Shown here in pieces: positions 56,821 through 64,000 of a DNA stretch of 64,000 nucleotides. The notes under the pieces are model-generated. The model had not been told where the DNA came from and did no database searches. It saw only the letters and a program-made list of their open reading frames with translations. Position numbers and translations under genes: made by a program. The DNA lies in contig JBGCFP010000101.1 in assembly GCA_045107005.1 (NCBI GenBank), forward strand, positions 1,374-65,373, given 5' to 3'. Each line of letters begins with the position of its first letter. Within the stretch, counting starts at the first letter, position 1. Source of the stretch: Gammaproteobacteria bacterium. Lineage in GTDB: Bacteria > Pseudomonadota > Gammaproteobacteria > Steroidobacterales > JBCCMA01.

Positions 56821-59427
56821 CTACGGCCACGCACCTAGATTTTTCAAATCTTCAATTTCAATTAGCGAGTCCGGTACGCCGTCGCCATTCTTATCGTTAT
56901 CGCATTCATCGCCAACCCCGTCGCCATCTTGATCCTGATGCCCGCTCATACTGTAGATATCCGGACATTTGTCGCACGCGTCGCCACGCAGGTCGCCATC
57001 CTTATTGAACTGAAACGTGTTGGGTTGAGAAACGCAGTTGTCGCTGAGGTCCGGCACGCCATCGCCATCTGAATCGGCTCGATGTCTGACAAGCAACGCC
57101 TCGATGTCGAGATTTTCGCGATGGGAAAACGTGATGTTGTGGCGTCCAGCCTCAAGCACCCGGGTTCTGCCCAGCGATGTTGCGGAGGTCGCCCAGCTCC
57201 AAACCAGTGGCGTGTTGCCGGCCATCGACCACGGTAATGGCACCCCACCGTCTACGGTCATGAAAACAGAATCACAGCAAGGACCGTCAGTGCGTGAAAG
57301 CAATCGAAATTCGTAGACACCCGTACGTACAATGTCGATGTCAAAGTCCAGCCTGTCGGCCGCATCGTCCAACGTCACATACTGATCTTCAATTGGAATC
57401 GTGGTCCCGGGCTGCGTGTGGGCGATGACGTCGACCGACAGCGAGCGACGCGCCTCGGTAGCCAATATCAGCATCTCGCAATCATCACCCTGACAATCGG
57501 CGCGCAGACGAGAGCGCTCGGCTCTGCGGATAGGCAGCTGATGTGTCGTGAGAATGCGCGCTTTGTCACAGTCGTGATTCCAACCCAGGCAGTGGTGGTT
57601 GAGGGTCGCAAGGACTCGCTGATAGTCCAGAGCGCCAATATCGCCATCAATCAAAAAGCGAGAATATCGCCATGACACGAAATCGAAGAATTTGACCATG
57701 TCATGGTGATCGCGCATTTTGCGAATGGCTGAGGTAAACGCGATGTTTGCCAAGCGCACAGCATCCGGATTTTCTTCAATGATCGTTTGGGACTGCGAAC
57801 ACCAGACGCCCGACTGACTACGATAGCCCGTACGGCATTCATTCCATGCAAGCTCCCAGTAAATCGAGGCCAGCACGTCACCGCATGCGTGGGGCGAAGA
57901 CGCAGAATCCGGTGAGCAGACCCGCGAATCACGATCGTAAACCAAATGGCCAAGACCAAAGGTGTCGTGCGTACTGGGCGTCGCGATTCCCCCTGAATGA
58001 TGCCCATACTCAAGGTGCGTGCCATCGTCGTAATTCAGTTCGCTCATCTCGTCAAAGGGACGATTGGCATTTTCCTGAAATCTGAACAGGGCATAGCGCA
58101 GTAGGTTGTGGTCAGCAAAGCCCTCGTCGACCGCCCGTCCGCGCAAGCTGGTGGGTGTACGGTCATACATGAAATGAATGATGTGGCCAAATTCGTGCGC
58201 CATAGAGCTTAGTGAAAAAGCACTGCCCGTGATGGTCGGAAGCAAAATTTTGTACTCAGTCATCCCTGACTTGGCACATGCAGAAGCCAAACCGGGACAC
58301 AGTCCTGAGGGAGCGACAATCACCCGCAGATTCTCCGGGTCGTAAGATCGCCAGGGATAACGCGCGTCGTACGCTGCGTTGGGATGACGTGAAAATTGCG
58401 AGAGGTCGTGGAGCCAGAAATAGGCATTCACGGCATCGTCTGCGATGCCCTCGGCCGATGGCGCAAATCGAAACACCGAGTCGCTGTCGCAATCCCGTCG
58501 CAGTCGAAACGTCGTTGAGCCGTCAGGCCGATACTTGCCGTCCACTTTGATGCCGACTTTGGGCTCCCCCTGATCATGGCTCGATCCGTGATCCAAAGAG
58601 AACAGGCAGTCATCTGCGTTCACGCGGCGCGTTACCTGCACACCGCTTTGTCTCGATCCACTGCGCGCGCTCAACCGATTGTCATAGGCGGCATGCACAA
58701 CATTTTGGTCAACCAATGCGTGATTTTCGTAGGTCAGATCATCGGTCGCTACAATTTGCCGCAACCGTTCATTGATCAGATGCCGAATATGATCCTCATC
58801 GCTGGGCGCCACGCGGAGCATCAATGCGCCCTCAGTGGGATCAAAATATCGTTTATCGACAACGACCGTGTGCCCGAGTCGTTTCTCTACCCATTGCAGC
58901 GCTTCGCGCTCGCTGGAAAACGATGTGATGTCGTCCGCAGCGCTCACCTCCGTTGCGGTTGCCGCACGCCCGATCACTTCCAACACGTTGCCCTGCGCGT
59001 CAAACGTCAGCTCGAGCTCTGTGCCAAGAACCGGGTGACCGCGAACCTCCTGCACCGTCAGAATCTCTCGATAGCCATCCTCATCCGTCACGTCCCGAAC
59101 CAGCTTTCTTGGCAGCAACCGCGATGCATCGTCGACACGCCAAAGCTCGGCAGCGAGAAATTGCGCCACGCAGTCGGCGAGCGCGACGGCGTCGCGGGGC
59201 AGGTCGCCATTGACGGCACAACCGGTACCGATGGCACCCGCGGCGAGATACGTCGCATTGCCGTTTTCGTCGGTGGCGGTATAAAAAACCTCGGGACGCT
59301 CAGCCTCAAGCCGGGTTAGCAGCGCGTCGCCGACGCTATCGGGCCGCGATGCGGACTGGTGGGCGCAACTCGTGCAAAGCACTACGGTCAGCGAGATGAT
59401 CTTGATCAGGTTTCTCGTAAACATCAT
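56821..59427 (-). CDS. Secreted thermolysin-like (gluzincin) zinc metalloprotease with C-terminal TSP3 repeats
   Basis: 868 aa with signal/lipoprotein-like MMFTRNLIKIISLTVVLCTSC. HEFGH lies at 58183-58197, and VDEGFADH 20 residues later supplies the third-ligand Glu. The N-terminal pro-region looks PepSY/FTP-like. The C-terminus has DSDGDGVPDLSDNC...QDQDGDGVGDECD. Confidence 0.85.
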   Translation of the reverse strand: MMFTRNLIKIISLTVVLCTSCAHQSASRPDSVGDALLTRLEAERPEVFYTATDENGNATYLAAGAIGTGCAVNGDLPRDAVALADCVAQFLAAELWRVDDASRLLPRKLVRDVTDEDGYREILTVQEVRGHPVLGTELELTFDAQGNVLEVIGRAATATEVSAADDITSFSSEREALQWVEKRLGHTVVVDKRYFDPTEGALMLRVAPSDEDHIRHLINERLRQIVATDDLTYENHALVDQNVVHAAYDNRLSARSGSRQSGVQVTRRVNADDCLFSLDHGSSHDQGEPKVGIKVDGKYRPDGSTTFRLRRDCDSDSVFRFAPSAEGIADDAVNAYFWLHDLSQFSRHPNAAYDARYPWRSYDPENLRVIVAPSGLCPGLASACAKSGMTEYKILLPTITGSAFSLSSMAHEFGHIIHFMYDRTPTSLRGRAVDEGFADHNLLRYALFRFQENANRPFDEMSELNYDDGTHLEYGHHSGGIATPSTHDTFGLGHLVYDRDSRVCSPDSASSPHACGDVLASIYWELAWNECRTGYRSQSGVWCSQSQTIIEENPDAVRLANIAFTSAIRKMRDHHDMVKFFDFVSWRYSRFLIDGDIGALDYQRVLATLNHHCLGWNHDCDKARILTTHQLPIRRAERSRLRADCQGDDCEMLILATEARRSLSVDVIAHTQPGTTIPIEDQYVTLDDAADRLDFDIDIVRTGVYEFRLLSRTDGPCCDSVFMTVDGGVPLPWSMAGNTPLVWSWATSATSLGRTRVLEAGRHNITFSHRENLDIEALLVRHRADSDGDGVPDLSDNCVSQPNTFQFNKDGDLRGDACDKCPDIYSMSGHQDQDGDGVGDECDNDKNGDGVPDSLIEIEDLKNLGAWP

Positions 59428-62400
59428 GATGACTCCGATTCAAAAGGACCAATGCTTGCCGACGGTTTGTCCTCCAGATAACCCATCACCCATGTTCTGT
59501 CCGACGGATCCACCGCTCCATTGTTTTGCGAGAAATCGGTTGCAAAGACACTGACCAGTTTTCGGAATGCCAATGCTTCCGTTGCCTGCTGCCAGTTTTC
59601 GAGCGCCGCGCTCCACGATTCGCCACCGACCGTCATCGTGGTGTAGTGAATGCGATACGACAGCAAGAGCGAATCGGTTCCCTCCGAATAGGAGTAAGTC
59701 CTCGTAAATTTATCCTCTGGGACGACGATCGTGCTTAAGATCAAATCCCGCAGCCCGGGTGAGTCGGAGAAGCCACTTATCTCGACGCGCGGAGTAATGC
59801 TGGTTCGAAGATCAAAAGAACCAGTGCGGCTTGAGCCATCGTGCAGCCGAACTGCACGTTGGCCCACCCATTTACCTTTGGCATTGCGGGAAAACGATGT
59901 TTCGCCGTCGTTTTCTCGAATGAACTGCGGAATGCTGCTGGAGTATGGCGTCATGCCATCCGGGATCACGGTCAGCGAAGACTCGAGCAAATCTGCCGGG
60001 GTGTTCTGCGAATCCGTGTCAACGTAGAGGAACAAGGCACCGCCTGATTTTTTGGCCTGCGGTGGCTTGACCGACCTTTTGGGCGTCGTTGGCTTTTTGG
60101 CCGCGCCCTCGCCGCTGCTACTTCCGACCGATTCGGACGAGCTCTTGGTACTTTTGTCGGTACTCCCGGCGCTGCTCGAGGTGGCCGGTTTTTGCGCGCT
60201 GGTACTCGCGGCGCTGCTCTTGGCGGCTTTGCTTGTGCCAAGGCTATCGAGGGTCTTGCCCGCCAACGTCGCTTTTTGCTCGGCGGTCAGATCATCGTTT
60301 TCAAATATTTGCTTGAGCAAATCTGACTGCCGCTTGTTCCCGCCCATTGCGTTCACCATGTTTTGCGTGCCCTCAGACAACGAAGTCATGTACTTGGCCA
60401 GCTCCTCTCCCCCTGACATATCACGGAACACATCTGAGGTACCCAGCACTTTGAGGGCGCTTGCCATCGCAATGGGGTCGGGCGCCGCCGGCGGTGCGGC
60501 CATCGATATGATGCTGTTGGGCAAAGCCGTCGGCGTGAGCCCCTGGGCCGCCTGAAAGCGCGAGTTGGTGGACACTGGCGCGATGTCGGGCGCATCGCCT
60601 GGAATTGGCGATTTTTGAAAATCCCAGAACCGTGTGTCGTCGATTTTCTCGCACGATGAACAGTGTCCGAGCTTGCCGTCTGCAAAGACGCCTTTGGTGG
60701 GTACGGTGATCAGATCTTCTACGGAGATGCCGGACGCTTCGAGACGTTCGTCATCATCGGCAACATCCAGCGCCTCACGTGCGTGCCGTTCATTGACCAG
60801 CGGGAATGCGAAAGTCATACCGTCACGTAGCAGGATGCGATTTTCTATCAGGTCAGTCAGCGGCCTGCCGTCGAGTCTCGCCGCTTTCAAAAGTTCGGAC
60901 CGTTGGAGCGGATCTGCACCGGCATAGGCCGCCGCCTGGTAGTACTGACTGAACGCGGCAATGTGCTGCATCAGGCGGTCTCGGGCCGCGACATCCCCTT
61001 CGGACACGAAATCCGTGAGGATCGGGCGAATATCCTGAGGCAAAGAATCCGGCGGGTTGACAGGCACGTTGAGTGACGAGCGACCGCTAAATTTGTGGTT
61101 CACAAGCTTGTCGACCAGTGTTGCCGTGCTTCCGGTTGGCGTGGTCGCCGTCACCTGAAGTCGCTCCAGTAGCCATTCACCTGCGTCGTCCAGAGGACTA
61201 GGCCGCACCCGAAAGCCCACGCGGACCATCGCGATGTCTTGCCATTTCACTGCGGACTCAGGCACCACGACAAACGCATCAATCGAATGCTTACGCCAGT
61301 TGTCGTGACTCGGCGTATCCAGAACGCTCGTGTCACCACCGGCATCCGGATGGATCTGTCGACAGACAATCGTCTGTCCGTCTTTTTTGACGATAGTGAA
61401 ATTGACGCCACGCGCGTGGCTGTCGTTGCCGGTATGAAACAACACGGTGAGTTGCTCGAACGACAAACCAGCTTCCCCCGGCTGCGCTGCACTCGTATCA
61501 AAGCGATCCTGTTCTTCTTTGAGTCGAAGCCGCGCAGCGGCAACACGGTTGAGCGCCTCAAAGCCGGCCAGATAGCGCGAGTCTCGCAACGCAAATTCAA
61601 CGGCAGCACGATGGGCGAGCACCGCGGTCTCCCTGGCCAGCGCGTCCGGATTTGAAAAATCCGGCATGTCCTGCGGCTCAAATTCTACGAACAGTGCCGG
61701 ACGGCGCCCGACAAAGGACGTCAACGTGCGGTAGTGCCGAAGGACCTCATAATAAAGAATGGTCAGCGTATGGCAGTGATTGTGATTGGCCACGCTGCGC
61801 GTCTCATAGCGCCCATCCTCGGACTGGGTAATCTGCGTCACCACCGTAGAGTTGAGCTCGCGCACTGCTGTGGACGCCTGGTGAAACCCGTCGCTCAGAT
61901 CCTGCGTCGTTTCTGCGGCGATTCTGCGAAATCCTTTGCTCGATTTTTTTGCACCACCAAAGCCGAGCGACGAGCCGACGACGCCCGCGCCAATCGGAGC
62001 GGCAACGCTGGCGGCGATCCCGCCCATCATCGAATCGCCACTTTGCTTTTCGCGTATGGAAGCGCGAATGACCTCACCGACCACCCGGTCACGACCTTGC
62101 TCATTGACTAACTCATCACGCGCTTGGGTTGACTCGCTGCGGGATGCCCCATCGGAACGCTTGTAGTCGATAATCGCGAGCTTTACTTTTTCGCCTGGGG
62201 CCAGGGGCAAGCTGTACAGGATGCGACCCAGAGAATGTCCCACGGGAAACCACTGCGTTCGATAGTCCATCACATAGCCAAATCGAACCGCCGCGACTTC
62301 TTTGCTTGGTCGTCTCGGTGTCGATCTACTGACTTGTACAGCTTCGTGAAACGCAAATTGATGCGTCGACAAATCGCCCGGATACAGGTCTTCGCATGCA

Positions 62401-63080
62401 CCATCCCCGATCAACCTCGATGGTGAGATGGCGAACGAGCCCGGCGAATAGCGCCAGTCCTGAATGTCGGGGTTTTGCATCGACGGCAGAGACGGATCAT
62501 CGCCACGCCCTTCCAGCCAGCTCTCCTCAACATGCAGCCGGAGCATGATGTTGCTCGGCGACACGTCACCTTTGTCCAACGCATCGATGGCGAACTGATC
62601 GTCCGAAAACGGCACGACAAGATAGTTCGCCGTCAGGTCCACATCATCAACCGGTATAGAGTCCGGGATCTCACGTGCCAGCGACATAAGAAACCCAATG
62701 TCCTGCAGCGGGCGCAGGTCGAACGACGCATAGCCAACGTGGTCTGTTGCCAGTGACCCGAGCGGAAAGGACACCGTCTTGCGCACTTGAGCAGTCTGAT
62801 CGCCAGGCTCGCGTGTAACGAGGGCCAGTTTCACCAACCCGAAGACGGGAAGACGCGCCACAATATCGTCCGTCTCATACGCTTTGGAAAAAACGGCCAG
62901 CTTCTTGAACTGCATTCTTTGACGCAGTGCAATGACGATCTTCTCTTGATGAGACAGTTCGACATCAATACCGGGTGCGTTATCGAAAAACGGATCGTCC
63001 ATCATATTTTCGGCGGTGCGGATGGAATCGCGCACGCCCAACGGTGCTGTGGCGAAAATACGAGTATGTGAATGCGGCAT
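59424..63080 (-). CDS. Large (1218 aa) orphan protein of unknown function
   Basis: ATG at 63080 is preceded by AAAGGGA at 9 nt. No signal peptide is present. Conspicuous blocks are GHSLGRILYSLPLAPGEKVKLAIIDY, a Gly-rich hydrophobic stretch MMGGIAASVAAPIGAGVVGSSLGFGG, ANHNHCHTLTILYYEVLRHY, and a Ser/Ala/Lys-rich linker at about 60040-60245. Its stop overlaps the protease start in ATGA. Confidence 0.85.
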   Translation of the reverse strand: MPHSHTRIFATAPLGVRDSIRTAENMMDDPFFDNAPGIDVELSHQEKIVIALRQRMQFKKLAVFSKAYETDDIVARLPVFGLVKLALVTREPGDQTAQVRKTVSFPLGSLATDHVGYASFDLRPLQDIGFLMSLAREIPDSIPVDDVDLTANYLVVPFSDDQFAIDALDKGDVSPSNIMLRLHVEESWLEGRGDDPSLPSMQNPDIQDWRYSPGSFAISPSRLIGDGACEDLYPGDLSTHQFAFHEAVQVSRSTPRRPSKEVAAVRFGYVMDYRTQWFPVGHSLGRILYSLPLAPGEKVKLAIIDYKRSDGASRSESTQARDELVNEQGRDRVVGEVIRASIREKQSGDSMMGGIAASVAAPIGAGVVGSSLGFGGAKKSSKGFRRIAAETTQDLSDGFHQASTAVRELNSTVVTQITQSEDGRYETRSVANHNHCHTLTILYYEVLRHYRTLTSFVGRRPALFVEFEPQDMPDFSNPDALARETAVLAHRAAVEFALRDSRYLAGFEALNRVAAARLRLKEEQDRFDTSAAQPGEAGLSFEQLTVLFHTGNDSHARGVNFTIVKKDGQTIVCRQIHPDAGGDTSVLDTPSHDNWRKHSIDAFVVVPESAVKWQDIAMVRVGFRVRPSPLDDAGEWLLERLQVTATTPTGSTATLVDKLVNHKFSGRSSLNVPVNPPDSLPQDIRPILTDFVSEGDVAARDRLMQHIAAFSQYYQAAAYAGADPLQRSELLKAARLDGRPLTDLIENRILLRDGMTFAFPLVNERHAREALDVADDDERLEASGISVEDLITVPTKGVFADGKLGHCSSCEKIDDTRFWDFQKSPIPGDAPDIAPVSTNSRFQAAQGLTPTALPNSIISMAAPPAAPDPIAMASALKVLGTSDVFRDMSGGEELAKYMTSLSEGTQNMVNAMGGNKRQSDLLKQIFENDDLTAEQKATLAGKTLDSLGTSKAAKSSAASTSAQKPATSSSAGSTDKSTKSSSESVGSSSGEGAAKKPTTPKRSVKPPQAKKSGGALFLYVDTDSQNTPADLLESSLTVIPDGMTPYSSSIPQFIRENDGETSFSRNAKGKWVGQRAVRLHDGSSRTGSFDLRTSITPRVEISGFSDSPGLRDLILSTIVVPEDKFTRTYSYSEGTDSLLLSYRIHYTTMTVGGESWSAALENWQQATEALAFRKLVSVFATDFSQNNGAVDPSDRTWVMGYLEDKPSASIGPFESESS

Positions 63081-63308
63081 GTTCTGAGATCCCTTTGCGT
63101 TGTGTCCAACCCAACAATAGGACCCGGCGATGCGAACAAACAGGCCATTTGAACGACTTTCGTGCCGCTTTCGTCGAACTTTCGTTGCCCTCTGGTTCTT
63201 TGCGCCACCTTGCATTCGCCGCAGATGTCGCCACTACTTAATTGAGAGCCGTTTCAACAGGGTCTACACTTAAAAACAGTCACGTCTGGCCACCACTTAA
63301 ACACGTCG

Positions 63309-64000
63309 ATGGTGCAAATTTTGAATCGGTCCACGCCGCACGGAAAGCGTCTGATCTTTGCCGACGCAACGCTTGATCTCGAACGAAGACGCCTTACCCG
63401 GGACGGTACAGACTCACCGCTACGTCCAAAAGCCATGGACTTACTTATCTTCCTGGCCAGTCGGCCCGGAAAGCTGGCAAGCAAAGACGATATTTTGAAA
63501 GCCGTCTGGCGACAGACAGTCGTCACCCCCGATTCGATCACACAATGCGTTATCGAAATCCGTCGTGCGCTGGGTGATGACGATCATGTCATTGTGCGCA
63601 CCGTCCCCACACAGGGCTACCTGCTGGATGTGCCGGTACGCGAGGTGGACGGGCAGAAAGACAAAGTCGATGCAGCCGATGATGGTGGCTCCAAGCCCGA
63701 AGCGCGGCCACGATTTGCCTATGTATTGTCGGCGGCGGTATTCGGTGCGTGCGCGCTAGTGCTGATGGTATTGCTGGGTACGTGGTCAAAAACATCCGCA
63801 CCCTTGAGCGCCGAAGTCATGCAAGCGTCGCCAAGGGCTGCCGGGCTGGCTGTCTTGCCGTTTGAGGACTTGAGTCAAGACGGCGACTACACCTATTTTG
63901 CGGACGGTCTGGCTCACGAAGTCATCCACAAGTTGTCCAGTGATCCCAAGCTGCGCGTCATCGCGAGCAACTCGTCGTTTACGTTTCGTGATCGGCGCCC
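63309..64000 (+). CDS. CadC/OmpR-type winged-helix membrane regulator with a TolB-N-like periplasmic domain (3' partial)
   Basis: This ORF is not in the supplied track because it has no stop inside the window. The ATG is at 63309. LTRDGTDSPLRPKAMDLLIFLASRPGKLASKDDILKAVWRQTVVTPDSITQCVIEIRRALGDDDHVIVRTVPTQGYLL is a Trans_reg_C domain. It is followed by a TM segment FAYVLSAAVFGACALVLMVLLG and then LAVLPFEDLSQDGDYTYFADGLAHEVIHKL. Confidence 0.8.
   Translation, partial: MVQILNRSTPHGKRLIFADATLDLERRRLTRDGTDSPLRPKAMDLLIFLASRPGKLASKDDILKAVWRQTVVTPDSITQCVIEIRRALGDDDHVIVRTVPTQGYLLDVPVREVDGQKDKVDAADDGGSKPEARPRFAYVLSAAVFGACALVLMVLLGTWSKTSAPLSAEVMQASPRAAGLAVLPFEDLSQDGDYTYFADGLAHEVIHKLSSDPKLRVIASNSSFTFRDRR

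Noticed and set aside
58576-59319. 247-aa plus-strand ORF.
   Set aside because: It is antisense to the HExxH protease gene and has no recognisable features.
24107-63080. Looked for a known secretion, defence or phage system (T1SS/T2SS/T6SS components, restriction, CRISPR-Cas, toxin-antitoxin, integrase, tRNA attachment site) that could explain the island.
   Set aside because: None of the translated ORFs shows ATPase, nuclease, integrase or secretion-apparatus motifs recognisable by eye, and no tRNA-like sequence was spotted. The island is therefore described by its exoprotein and mobile-repeat content only.

Overview
This 64-kb window looks like part of a Gram-negative chromosome, probably from a marine gammaproteobacterium (guessed from gene content only). 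All calls come from reading the ORF translations and the DNA by eye. No searches were run.

The first ~24 kb is ordinary metabolic and housekeeping DNA:
- an overlapping cytochrome P450 / alpha-beta hydrolase pair
- malonate uptake and activation genes madL-madM-matB
- a TPR membrane protein, a YHS-domain protein and a two-domain (PlsC-like + OlsB-like) acyltransferase
- a TauE/SafE exporter
- a phosphate-scavenging cluster: an OprO/P-like porin plus pstSCAB, with Pho-box-like sites and a hairpin after pstS
- a serine hydrolase and aconitase B

From ~24 kb onward the window becomes an accessory island of secreted proteins.
- Nine loci (six intact genes, one IS-truncated gene, two relics) carry the same ~90-aa cassette: a thrombospondin type-3 calcium-binding repeat followed by a dockerin-like EF-hand pair. 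The domains attached to it are unrelated to one another.
- A 2479-aa secreted giant protein combines three PA14 domains, a galactose-oxidase-like copper radical oxidase, a beta-propeller with a di-haem cytochrome-c-peroxidase-like domain, two MAM/LamG-like domains and long 66-nt-period TSP3 arrays.
- A 1218-aa orphan protein is translationally coupled to a secreted thermolysin-like HExxH protease. A CadC-like membrane regulator sits divergently next to this pair.
- The island is littered with mobile DNA: an IS256 fragment, a nest of IS6, IS3 and IS91 pieces, and two families of ~250-330-bp MITE-like elements with iterated subterminal repeats. This DNA has truncated several genes.

No rRNA, tRNA, CRISPR array, cas genes or known defence genes were recognised.
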